From Octopus vulgaris (Eukaryota), in assembly GCA_951406725.2 (NCBI GenBank), contig OX597822.1, positions 13,702,001 to 13,766,000 of the forward strand: DNA of 64,000 bases. Reading direction: 5' to 3'. The position numbers were made by a program, and so were the translations under genes. This document shows, piece after piece, positions 51,119 to 64,000 of the stretch. Under the pieces are notes generated by a model. The model was not told where the DNA came from, made no database searches, and worked only from the letters and a program-made list of their open reading frames with translations. The stretch's first letter is position 1. Each line of letters begins with the position of its first letter.

Positions 51119-51159
51119 TTCGAACCTAGTAACAATTTTTTTTTGTTACTAGGTTCGAA
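51119..51159. repeat. Perfect 17-bp inverted repeat with T7 loop
   Basis: TTCGAACCTAGTAACAA-TTTTTTT-TTGTTACTAGGTTCGAA. Confidence 0.9.
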
Positions 51160-51211
51160 TTTGTAGCAAGTATCCGACAGATTTTTATGTTGTGGCTCTT
51201 GTTGTTGTTAA

Positions 51212-51510
51212 GGCGGCGAGCTGGCAGAATCTTTAGCACGCCGGGCGAAATGCTTAGCAGTATTTCGTCTGCCGCTACGTTCTGAGTTCAAATTCCGCCG
51301 AGGTCGACTTTGCCTTTCATCCTTTCGGGGTCGATTAAATAAGTACCAGTTAGCCCCTTGTGGGTAGTAAAGAAATAGAAACAGGTATTTCGTCTATCTT
51401 CACATTCAGAGTTCAAATTCTGCCGAGATCGACTTTGCCTTTCATCCTTTCGGGGTCGAAAAATTAAGTACCAGTTGCGTACTGGGATCGATCTACTTGA
51501 CTGCCCCCTC
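51212..51510 (+). mobile_element. Meta-domain-type SINE dimer
   Basis: One full head plus a second truncated unit. Confidence 0.85.
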
Positions 51511-51564
51511 CCCCTGCCCAAAGAGCTCAGCATATAAAAGTCAGATATTTTAGATGTGGCCTAT

Positions 51565-51930
51565 AGGCACAGGAGTAGCTGTGTGGTGAGTAGCTTGCTT
51601 ACCAGCCACATGGTTCCGGGTTCAGTCTCAATGCATGGCACCCTGGGCAAGTGTCTTCTACAGCCACGGGCCGACCATAACTGAAAGAAGCCCGTCGTAT
51701 ATATGTGTGTACATGCGTGTGTTTGTGTGTCTGTGTTTGTCCACCCAGCCAACATCGCTTGACAACCGATGCTGGTGTGTTTATGTACCCGTAATTTAGC
51801 GGTTCGGCAAATGAGACCGATAAAATAAGCACCAGACTTACAAAGAATAATTCCTAGGGTCGATATGCTCCACTAAAGGAGGTGCATAGCCACAGTCAAA
51901 TGACTGAAACAAATAAAAGAATAAAAGAAT
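51565..51930 (+). mobile_element. CORE-type SINE with a small internal deletion
   Basis: GGCACAGGAGTAGCTGTGTGG head through GACTGAAACAAATAAAAGA tail. Confidence 0.85.
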
Positions 51931-52783
51931 ATAACTTCACAAAACCTGTAACTTGTGGCGAAATATCACGCACCACGTGACGAATTGTTGCTTCTGCCGT
52001 CATCGTTATTGATGTTGTATTTTAACCACAAAGAAGTCCTGACTGGGTCAGCCAACGCTCAAAGACAATCTAGCCGTGATCACCTCACCACCACATCTTT
52101 TTAATAAGTACACAAAACTAAAATGCAAATTAAGGGGCGGGGTGAAAAGCACAATACGTTATTGAAGAATTTAGTTCGCCGCTCCGCTGTTTTTTACTCG
52201 TCTTCTTCAGCATAAATCAATATTTTAACAAAAAAATTCAAAGACAAAGCAACCTGAAAAGAAAAAAGAAAGATAATAAAAAAATAAAGTAGGGAAAATG
52301 CGAACCATACGAAGGTCACCATCGTTTTCCATTAAATCACACACACACACACACCATCAATATAACTGTCACCACCACCACCACCATCACCATCACCACG
52401 GCCATTGTATCAACAATAACAACGTCAGAAAAGATTCTTAAACTTTTAATTAGCCAACAAAAAACCGATTGGAAGTAGAAAAAAATATATAAAAAAGGTG
52501 GGGGGGGGGATAAGAAAAAAGCCACAAAAATACGAGCTAAAAGATACAAAAGCACAAAATACAAAAAAAAAAAAAAATGTCAAAATATTTTTTTCAAAAA
52601 AAAAATTAAGCTGAAATACATAAAAAAAAATATAAAATACAGACTGAAAAAAAAAATTATTTTTTTTTTACTATTATTTTTGTCTGTCATAATTCAGAAA
52701 ACTGAGAAATTTCTAGTGTTTTCTGACAGACACAATTAGAATATCCTCTGACGTGAATGTTTTAACGAACACAACAACAATAT

Positions 52784-52837
<54 letters not shown>

Positions 52838-52936
52838 AAATAATATCGTATATCAAATAGCAAAACCGTGAAATAATTGTTTCTAACATAGCAAATCCGT
52901 ACAACAACAATAATAATAATAATAACAACAAATATA

Positions 52937-53290
<354 letters not shown>

Positions 53291-53399
53291 GAAAATAGAA
53301 ATGAAAATGAAAGAAGACAGCAAAACCACAGCGAGTCACAACCACAAAAACCGCAACTATCACCACCTTGACCACCACCACCATCACTGGCAGACGTAG

Positions 53400-53468
53400 T
53401 GGTGGTGGTCGTGGAGTGATGGTATTGATAGTGAGGTGGTTGTGGTGGTAGTGAGGGTATGAGCGATG

Positions 53469-53550
<82 letters not shown>

Positions 53551-53965
53551 TAGTAGTAGTAGTCGAATTGAGGATCATAGTGCTACAGGTGGTGGTGGTG
53601 GTGGTGGTGGTAGTGCTGGTAATGTTTTTGTTTATACTGATGGGAACAAAATCGGAATATTGGTCGTGGATCTGACTTGATAGGAGAGAGTGAATGGCGA
53701 TGAAGACGACGACGACGGCGACGATGATGATGTTGATGGTGGTGATGACAATGACGATGGTGGTGGTGGTGGTGGTGGTGGTGGTGGTAGTGATGATGAT
53801 GGAGTGGTGGTAGTGATGATGATGATGATGATGATGAATAAGATGATGGAGTGGTGGTGGTGGTGGTGGTGATGAAGACGACGACGACGGCGACGATGAT
53901 GATGTTGATGATGGTGATGACGATGGTGGTGGTGGTGGTGGTGGTGGTGGTGGTGGTGGTGGTGG

Positions 53966-54000
<35 letters not shown>

Positions 54001-54540
54001 GCGGTGGTGGTGGTGGTAGTGATTATATTGAGGGCAAATTAGCAGGATTTCAGTGGTGGTCGAGGGGTATGTGTGAGCCGCTGTTATTGTTGATACTGTT
54101 ATTTAACCCCATTTAAATCCTGCTCAAATGAGACATTCAATCAATATTGTTCCAGTCACGGCCATCACGACATTCTGTACACCTAACACTAGCATCATTC
54201 AATGTATTCTCCCCTCTTCGGAAGGCAAAAGGGTATCATTCGAGGTAGATTTGGCTTACCATTTCTAGCAAACTTAAAGACTCTGTGTACTCACTTGTGT
54301 TCTTGTTGATATTGGTTGTAGTGGTGGGGGAGCGATGATGATGAGAAGGAGGAGGAGGATGGTGATGATGATGAGGAGGAGGCGGAGGAGTAGGATGATG
54401 GCGATGATAGCAATGATGATGATGATGGTAACGATGACCATGACGTTGATGATAATAATGACAATAATGATGAGGAGGAGGAGGAGGAGGAAATCGGAGA
54501 AGAGAAAGAAGTAGTAGTAGTAGTAGTGGTGGTGGTGGGG
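53400..54540. repeat. Cluster of triplet repeats (GTA, GCA, GGT, GAT, GAG)
   Basis: Directly visible; explains the homopolymeric ORFs. Confidence 0.9.
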
Positions 54541-55135
54541 AGGCAGGGAGAAGATGTTTTATGACAGCAACAAGAACAAGAACGACTGCATAAAACAAAA
54601 TTAGCTCCAGCATCCAACAACAACAACAACAACTGCAATAAAAACACCTACAGCACCTTCAACCACCTCAACAACAACGACAACAACATTACTGCCTGGT
54701 TCACACGGCAGAATTAATTTGAGGGAAAAATGGCGATTCTCGAAGTTTCTTGCTAATGGCCAATAATGGCGACGATTTAAGATTTACTGGAATCTTGCAG
54801 AACACACACACACACGTAATCTTTTTTCTGCACACACATATATACGCAAGACGACATGGAAGTTCCTATATTGATGCAAGTACGTAGAAAGCATATACAT
54901 GCATACGCGCACTCGTACATACATACACAATACATACATACATATACATATACATATACACACATATGTGTGTGTATATATATATATATGCATGGCGTCC
55001 ACAACATAAAGGAGAATTCATCCTTTAGGTTAATGAATATTATATCCGAATATTTTGCATTAATACAAACTTGGTAGTGTGAGTACACACATACACACAC
55101 TCACTCACACACACACACACACACACACGCATACA

Positions 55136-55180
<45 letters not shown>

Positions 55181-56519
55181 CATACGTACACATAAATATG
55201 CTCACATATATGTATGTATGTATGTATGTATACATATATACTTACACATATGTGTATGTCTATATGTAAGTATGTATGTGTATAAGTGAGTATCTTCGGA
55301 TACTTGCAAAGAAGCGCCTGTATAGAAAAGATTGTAACCGTAATCAAGCAATGAAATTAAACAGGTAAATGTTACGTGGATTCCACAGTCGCCATGACAA
55401 GACATGATACTGGCGTCAGTTCTTGCAAATTGCGGAACTATCAAGAGAAAATCCATTAAACTTTTGAAATGAATCAAGACCTATACCACTATTCCAAAAA
55501 GTTAGAGGTAGATCACTCGAACGGTTATATAAAGAGGATGAAGAGCTACCGGGGTGTGAAAATATATATTGCAACGCGAAGCCGCTGCAGCAGTGAGAAA
55601 CCTTTGTTGGGGGAAAATGTGCAACTGTAGTTAACGAAAATGCTTAATAAAAGAATGCACCATGAAAAAAAATGGTCAGTAAATAATAGTATCGACATAC
55701 CAGTAGGTTTTTACCCCTCGAGGAAATTGCTTAAATCCTGAACGTCAAAAAAATAATAATAAAACACCGTAGTAATAATAGGGAAAGAACCGTTGCCATT
55801 CGATGGACACGTTTAGGAACAATAAGGAATGAATGGACGATAGAAACAGCTCAAAACACAATTCACAGCAATTCACAAAACTCTTCATATCAACAAAACA
55901 CTAAATGAAAGAACGATTATGGTAATGAATTTATCGAAAACATATTTACTTGATGTTCTCCGTGATCGATCAGTTTGCTAAAGAATAACCAGCACAAATT
56001 GAAGCCCTCGGCTTTTGGATATTGAATGTGTTACAGAATTGTATGGCAATAACCATTCACCAAGAGATAGGAGTAAGAGATCGATCGAAATGATAAACCA
56101 AAAAAAGTTACCAATCACAAAGAAAGAAAAAATCGGACAGGCTTTAGCAAAACATCGGAAATTTGGATACTGTCATTAGATGCAGAGTGAATAATGAATT
56201 AGCAAACCACTAGCTATGGCTTGGTGGTTGACTATCGAAAATTTACGGAACTGTGGACATACAAGCGCCAAGCGAAAGCTTAGTTATCGAGGAATTTACA
56301 AGAACACGAGATTATCGACCGTTAATTTGCGTTAGACAAATAAGCTATACACCGCATCATGAAGTACCATACAATGAAAGTTGTAAACAGATGTAGTTGT
56401 GATGCATGTACCTGGTGTACCCTTGTCGAACGGGTAGTCATGATGGGTATATTGGGTTTCGTATATTTGTAGCCAAACGTCATTTTGATGGTGTGTGCTG
56501 CTCTCTCCAATAATAATAA

Positions 56520-56723
56520 TGGTTTCAAATTTTGGCACAAGGCTAGCAAATTTAGGGGAGAGCTTAAGTCGACCCCACTACGCAACTGGTACTTATTTTA
56601 GCGATCCCGAAAGGCTGAAAGGCAAAGTAACCTCGGCGGAATTGAAACTCAGAACATAAAGACGGACGAAATGTCACTAAGCATTTTGTACGGCATGCTA
56701 ACGATTCTGCCAACCCGCCACCT
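56520..56723 (-). mobile_element. Meta-domain-type SINE
   Basis: CAACTGGTACTTATTT...AAAGGCAAAGT..CCTCGGCGGAATT...GCTAACGATTCTGCCA. Confidence 0.8.
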
Positions 56724-56801
56724 TAATGATAATTACCAATTAACAACGATGGACGCTGTGTAAATATACACTCACATACATTTACACAAACTCATATGCA
56801 C

Positions 56802-56899
56802 CAGTGGTTCTCAACCATTTTTTACCTATGGACTCCTTCGATTCCTATTTCACTCAGATGGACGCTCATAGCCGTATGGACACCGGCTGAGAACTACTG
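56802..56899. mobile_element. 98-bp hAT-like mini-MITE
   Basis: TIRs CAGTGGTTCTCAACC / GGCTGAGAACTACTG; 8-bp flanks ATATGCAC / ATATACAT (6/8 identical). Confidence 0.7.
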
Positions 56900-57113
56900 A
56901 TATACATATATACACAAAATCGCACAAACACACTCACACACACAATACATACAATAAATAACACGATACATTCTTGTGCACCCGATCCCCACCCACACCT
57001 ATTCATGTACGCACATACACATACTTGTAATAATATGCATTGGCACGCATACTTCCACACAAATACATACCTGTGCAGACATAACATTCACCTACATGCT
57101 CTTTCACACGTGG

Positions 57114-57485
57114 ACACACGCATACATACTTAGATGTACAGTAATTACTCACCATATCGCGATTCATCTTTCACGCCCTCAGTACAACGCGGATTTTTCT
57201 CGCTTATTACATGTAAATTTATATCGCGGACTCCTCGGTATATCGCGGGTTTCTGCATCCGATAGGTATTTATATTTTTTTTAGAGATCTGAATTAACGT
57301 AGCTACATATATTTTTCTTGATGTTTTATATAGCTTTTTTTGTATGAACGCACACATACACTCACACATACGCACACACAAACAAACAAACACCCACACA
57401 TCCACACAGTCGCACACGCATACATATAGAGAAAATAATGCAGATAAACGAATGAAACCGCTTCGGTAAGATATACAATATACAC

Positions 57486-57534
<49 letters not shown>

Positions 57535-58135
57535 GAGAGAGAGAGAGAGGGAGAGAGAGAGAGAGAAAAGAATACACACACACATGTGGGGATAAGCAAA
57601 TAAGGTAGATCAAAATATAAAGTACATAGAATACATGAAATGCAAAAAAAAAATGTGTATATATATGTATACAGTAATCCCTCGCCATATCGCGGACTTC
57701 TCAGTATATCGCGGGTTTCTGCGGCCGATAGGTATTTATTATTTTTCTCGATTTTAATTATTTCTGTGGTAAAATAAGCATTTTCACGCCTAAAAATTAA
57801 TAAATTTGGAAATAAAAATAGAGCACAGTACTGCTGTGTATAACATATTAATTAAAATATATTAAAAGAAAATATGTAGAGTACCGTAGATGAGTAAACA
57901 AAGAATCGCACATACTGTACGGAAAACGAAACTCGGGTGGCGAGTGTGGGGTGGTGTTTTGAATTTATATAAATCATAATAATAATAAAAAAATTATACA
58001 GTACAAGACTACACAGTATATAAAATATACAGTACAGGCACACGCATACATACTTAGATGTACAGTAATTACTCGTCACATCGCGGTTCACCTATCACGC
58101 CCTCAGTACAACGCGGATTTTTCTCGCTTATTATA
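57114..58135 (+). mobile_element. Three same-orientation pogo/Tigger-like left ends (TA-CAGTAAT.CCTCG)
   Basis: TACAGTAAT.. at about 57138, 57670 and 58061; a ~95-bp direct repeat at 57114-57210 / 58038-58133. Confidence 0.55.
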
Positions 58136-58150
58136 TGTAAATATAATATA

Positions 58151-58238
<88 letters not shown>

Positions 58239-58248
58239 TATATATATA

Positions 58249-59245
58249 CTAGCATTATGACCCGTCGTTGCCGGGTCATAGTGCTAGTGCATGTATATAT
58301 GTGTACATATTACCATGTACATCTATATATACATCTACACATAAAATACAAAATACAAAGTTATATCTTGATATCACTTGTGATAACAATACTCAAAATA
58401 TATAACAGACTGGAATTGTAAGCCCGTCTCTTGCAATTTCGATCAATTGTATCTTGTCCTCCCTCTTGTATAGAAGTGTGGCTACAATCCAGCCTACCTC
58501 AACTTCGGGGTGGAGGGGCATTTTTAATTTTTATCCGGCACGTCCTACATCCCAGATATGAAGGTAAAAATAAAATATTTCCACTTTGCAAGTTCGAGTC
58601 GAGTACTCTCCGTTGACTCGAACCTTGCTTCTATTGTGGCGAATTTACCGCCTCTGGTTAGATATCATTCATAGTCGCACCAAGACACTTTTCGATGGTG
58701 CTTTCCTCCAGGTGTTCAAATCTTCCTTTTTCTCTACATTGTATACTTTATAGACAATAGTCTTTTCTTTAATTTAATTTTTTATTATCCATCTGGACTA
58801 TTCCATTTCTGCACACTAATTTTATTATTAATTTACTTCCATTCATGTGAAACCACTTATTCCAGTTCAAGTCATTGATGCAATTTTATACCAATTGCTA
58901 TTTTTACTTTTGTTATGTTACAATTATATTATACTTTAGTTTGATTTTAATTATTACTTACTACATATAATTCAATTGTTATTGTTATTTTTATTGTTAA
59001 AGTGAAAGTATTTGACATAAAATAGAGAAATGTTTTTGTTTCACTTTTAACACGTAATACTGAAATAGTGGAGAAGATATGATATTGCTATGGGCTCGCA
59101 CATTTATTTTTGTCCATGAAACTACATGGACTCTAAGTAAGGCATGTGTAAAATTTGAATGGAATTGGTTATGTAGTTCTCAAGTTTTAGGGAAACACAC
59201 AGACAGACAGACAGACACACATTCTCAGTTTTATATATATAGAGA
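58249..59245 (-). mobile_element. Non-autonomous Helitron
   Basis: On the minus strand it begins A|TCTCTATATATATAAAAC...(CTGT)n and ends with a hairpin and CTAG|T. It is inserted in an AT dinucleotide with no TSD. Confidence 0.75.
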
Positions 59246-59247
59246 TG

Positions 59248-59342
<95 letters not shown>

Positions 59343-59356
59343 GTATGTATATAATG

Positions 59357-59424
<68 letters not shown>

Positions 59425-59488
59425 CATATAGGCGTTCAGACGAGTGTACTGGCATTGGTGTGACAACATTTGAAATATTGTCTGGGTA

Positions 59489-59563
59489 AATGCAGCTGAT
59501 GAAGACTGATGAAATTTACGTTGACAAACGTATTTGAAGAGTCTGAAACCTAGGTACTGCATT
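59489..59563 (+). ncRNA. Type I hammerhead ribozyme motif (GUA site), fully paired
   Basis: AATGCAG-CTGATGA-AGACT...TACGTT GACA AACGTA...AGTCT-GAAA-CCTAGG-TA-CTGCATT. Helix I is 7 bp and helix III is the palindrome ACCTAGGT. Confidence 0.88.
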
Positions 59564-59762
59564 ATCCGATTCTGGGTGTCCGTTTATCTAATGTTCTTCC
59601 CAGAGGTAAGACAAGTTTTTCACGCCTGTTGCACACACGTTTTTGCCAGTATATACGCAGTGAAGCTTTACAATAGCGTCGTATTTGTATCGACTGCTAT
59701 TTCCAGTTAATTTTGTGCCTTGTACCACTAATCTGTATTTATATATGTATGTGTGTGCATGA

Positions 59763-59793
<31 letters not shown>

Positions 59794-60440
59794 AATTACC
59801 CAAACACATTTCATCGCATTCACACTTTTATCGCTACCAGTCACAAGGGCTCATACATACATCTTGCCGGTCATTTTGTGGTTGTTTGACGGATTGTACC
59901 GATCCACCTTTCTATCCTCTGCTTTTCTCTCTACTTTAACCTCTCACCTCACAGATATATATCTCTTCCTGTAGTCATTTGAGGGATGTATCTCTACTTT
60001 CCTGTCCAACTTTTTGACCCTTCTCCTTTATCACCTCGCCTCCTTGTCTTCTCACCCTTTCGCGCCATCTCATTTGCTTGGCAATCTCTCTCCTTTTTCA
60101 ATCACCCGCTCAATTCCAGTGTTAAGCCTAATTCTCTCGCGCACAAACCACGGGTCAGAGTGAAGAAACATTACATTCTACGATCCTCGCGTCAAATAAA
60201 CTTTATCAATCTTCCAAGCTCTGTAGTGACTGATGTTTTTCTCGCCACGGACCATCATCAGATTCATTGGATTCCTAATTTTACTATGATTTAATTTATT
60301 TTTATTCCAATTTTAATGAAGCGATATTTTACTTCCGAGTGTGGAATATCTTATGCAGATCCTGTCGTTAAAATGCTTGGAGCAGGTTGTTACAATGCTG
60401 GCATCTCGCCACTGCATACATCAATACAAGCACACACACA

Positions 60441-60497
<57 letters not shown>

Positions 60498-60509
60498 ACA
60501 CACACACAG

Positions 60510-60675
60510 AAGTGCATGCGTGGATGTATGATAAGAAGCTTGCTTCCCAGCCACATGGTTCCGGGTTCAGTCCCACTGCGTGGCACCTTGGGCAAGTGTC
60601 TTCTACTATAGCTTCCGGCCGACCACAGTTTTGTGAGTGGATTTGCTAGACGGAAACTGAAAGAATCCCGTCGTA
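60510..60675 (+). mobile_element. CORE-type SINE head
   Basis: CCACATGGTTCCGGGTTCAGTCCCACTGCGTGGCACCTTGGGCAAG. Confidence 0.8.
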
Positions 60676-60838
60676 TACGTGTATAAAAATGTATGTATGT
60701 ATGCATGTACGTATGTGTGTATGTATGTATGTATGTATGTATGTATGTATGTATGTATGTATGTATGTACGTATGCAGTTATTATGCATGTATGTAGTAT
60801 ATATGCATCTATTTATATATATGTAAGCATGAATGGAT

Positions 60839-60886
<48 letters not shown>

Positions 60887-61867
60887 GAGGCAAACATGCG
60901 CCCACTAACACAATTTCTTACACATTCTTTCGCATATAGGAACATCCGTAAACACAAAGCCACATATTTTCACACGGTGGAGCCTACATACATAAGCACA
61001 CATTCACATACATATTTTCACACGTGACCAGCTCAATACATCTTTGATCTCAAGCATACACACACACACACACACACACATCCTTTATCTTTTACCTTTT
61101 TTCTTGTTCCCTTCACTTGACTGCGGACATGCTGGAGCATCGTGTTGGTAGGTTTTAACCTGATACTTAACTTTTACTTATTCTATGAATCTGTTTTGCA
61201 TAACCACTATTTAGTTAGTTGACTTCTTTTTGTCTGAAAACCCTTGCTTGTATAGGATATTTATTCACAAAGCTAAGTGCACAAATCGAGCATATTTTTA
61301 CTGTCCCCACCCCCCCAAATTGTATTTGTAATGTCCGAATTAGCTGGTTCATTTCTCTTTCAGAAAACCCCAGCTTCTCCAGATTCGTTTTTGTATTTAC
61401 TCAAAGGGGTGGAGAAATCAAACAAGTGCACCAATTATTATTGGTATAAATGTGAATTTATAATCTGAGTATTGAAGCAGAAGTTTTCAAAGCAGTTGTC
61501 CATATTTATTCTCTTTCTGACTTTCGAAGACATATTCACATTAACGAGGCAGCTGACCTATATGACGGTACATACTTCTTTTCATGGAGGTATGTACATA
61601 TGTATGCATGTATGTATGTATTTATGTGTGTATGTAAGTACATGTGTATGTAAGTACATGTGTATGTATGTACGTATGTTGTATGTAGGTATGCATGTGT
61701 TTATGTAAATGTATGTATGCATGGATGGGTAGATGGGTGGATGATGTAAGTTCGTATGTGTGTATGTATATGCGTATGTATATATGATGTATGTACGTAT
61801 TTATTTATTTGTGTATATATGTATCTATCTCTCTCTCTATCTATGTATCTATCTATATGTCTGTCTG

Positions 61868-61915
<48 letters not shown>

Positions 61916-61928
61916 ATATATCTATCTA

Positions 61929-61959
<31 letters not shown>

Positions 61960-61964
61960 GTCTG

Positions 61965-62051
<87 letters not shown>

Positions 62052-62420
62052 GTCCGTCTGTCTGTCTGTATGTCTATGTACGTATGTCTGCCTCCACACG
62101 TTTAAATATGTCTTCATTGTTATTTACATAATATAATTTCGATAAATGTAGAATTCCAGCTGCCTATACATTTTTGCAGCAAATGGTTTTAAAAACACAT
62201 TGACGCGTTGCTGTTGCTGTTGTTGATGATAATGGTGATGGTGATTGTGACATGGCGGTGGTGGTGATGGTGATATGGCGGTGGTGCTGTTGCTGGTGCT
62301 AGTGCTTTTGGCGCTGTTGGTGACTAGTGATGACGATGATGATGACGAAGAGGATGATGATGATGAGGTGGGCAGAAGAGGGGGATGAGAGCCTACCGCT
62401 CGAGTCCTTACCTGCCTTTT

Positions 62421-62458
<38 letters not shown>

Positions 62459-62724
62459 AGTGTATCTAACACATCTTTATTCAATGTGTTCAACCGTTAT
62501 TTATTGTAATAGGATATGACAGGAGGTTTAGCTGTTATTTCTAGTGACAACATCGAGGAGGGTCCTTTACTTTTATATTAGTTTCTCGTTTGTTTTATGT
62601 ACCAATTTAATTACAGTTCACCAATTATTGGGTTGGAGGAATCGTTTTTTGTGTCTATGGGTGCTGTATGACGATATTAATGTCATAATACGACGCCAGA
62701 GAAAAGAAAATCATATTTTTATAG

Positions 62725-63165
62725 ATGTGGATGTGTGGTAAGAAGTTGGCTCCCAACCACAAGATCCCGGGCTCAATCTCAATGCGTGGAACCTTGCGCA
62801 AGTGTCTTATACTACAGCCGTCCAAACCTTATGAGTGGATTTGGTAGACGGAAACTGAAAGAAGCCTGTCGTATATGTATAAATAAGTGTGTGTATGTAT
62901 GTATGTACATACATAGTTATGTATGTACATACGTAGTTATGTAAGTATATATGTACGTAACATACATGTATACATGCATACATGCATACAAGCATATCTG
63001 TGTGTGTTTTTGTGTGCTTTTGTCTCTCACCACTGCTTGACAACCGGTGTTGCTGTGTTTACGTCCTCATTGTTTTGCAGTTCGTCAAAGGAAACTGATA
63101 GAATAATTACTGATATAATGAGTACTGCGATCGATTCATTCGGCCAAAATTTCTTTAAGGCAGTT
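62725..63165 (+). mobile_element. Diverged CORE-type SINE
   Basis: Head and tail motifs with an expanded internal microsatellite. Confidence 0.7.
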
Positions 63166-63214
63166 CTATCTATCACTCGATTTCTCTGTCTCTGTCGGTC
63201 TCTCTGTCTATCTA

Positions 63215-63341
<127 letters not shown>

Positions 63342-63409
63342 CTCTATCTATCTATCTATATATCTACCATTTTAGCTATTTGTATCGATATTTCTATATC
63401 AATCTTCAG

Positions 63410-63600
63410 ACGGTGAGCTGGCAGAATCGTTACCACGCTGGACAAAATGCTTCACGTTCTAAGTTCAAAATCTGTCGAGGTTGACTTTGCCTTTCATCTT
63501 TTCGGGGTCGATCAAATAAGCACCCGTGGAACGCTGGGGTCGATGTCATTGCCTTACACCTTCCCGAAATTGCTGGCTTCGTGCCAAAATTTAAAACCAA
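63410..63600 (+). mobile_element. Meta-domain-type SINE
   Basis: GGTGAGCTGGCAGAATCGTTA...GCCTTTCATCTTTTCGGGGTCGAT. Confidence 0.75.
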
Positions 63601-63686
63601 TATCTATATTAAACTATTTATCTGTTCATCTATCTATCAAAAGATCTAATCATTCTGTTTATCTATCTCTCTGTCCCATTGTGTGA

Positions 63687-63727
<41 letters not shown>

Positions 63728-63811
63728 AAATTTACAACAGAACAAAGCACGAAGACGGGTGTGTAAACAACAAACAGATGTATTAGTTTAACGCTAGGGA
63801 AGTGAGAAAGT

Positions 63812-63847
63812 CTTTTGCGTTTCGAGCCTACGCTCTTCGACAGAAAG
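63812..63847 (-). ncRNA. Minimal hammerhead motif with CUGUCGA core; cleavage site mutated
   Basis: Minus strand: CTTT-CTGTCGA-A-GAGC GTAG GCTC-GAAA-CG-CA-AAAG, inside a ~185-bp element (63724-63908) between (TA)n tracts. Confidence 0.5.
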
Positions 63848-63903
63848 GAACACAGAAATAAACAGGGAGAGAAAACAGAAAAAGGTTCAGTGGCTAGCAA
63901 TCT

Positions 63904-63957
<54 letters not shown>

Positions 63958-64000
63958 TAACTTTTCTTTTTTTTTTCAATCAACTAAATGAACACATTAT

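Overview
Eukaryotic, AT-rich, microsatellite-saturated non-coding DNA. The dominant tRNA-derived SINEs match my recollection of octopus (coleoid cephalopod) SINE families, so this is probably an octopus gene desert or large intron (inference). No credible host protein-coding ORF is present; almost all ORF-track entries are translations of (TA)n, (CA)n, (TAGA)n and triplet repeats. Recognisable content includes about 20 copies or fragments of a CORE-type tRNA SINE and about 10 of a Meta-domain-type SINE. There are also R4/Dong-like 3' ends inserted in (TAA)n, RTE-like LINE fragments, hAT-like and GGATCTTT-ended MITEs, pogo/Tigger-like ends and a non-autonomous Helitron. A possible non-coding exon lies at 11219-11880. 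The most striking signal is at least 15 type I hammerhead-ribozyme motifs from about 10 distinct short non-coding elements, mostly embedded in (TA)n tracts. Several fold perfectly by eye, with palindromic helix III and GUA/GUC/GUU cleavage triplets. One family shares a non-canonical core, and some elements show inverted or tandem architecture with 12-15 bp target-site duplications. This looks like a diverse Penelope-like/retrozyme-like ribozyme system. All calls were made by eye; no searches or folding programs were run, and element boundaries are approximate unless a motif is quoted.
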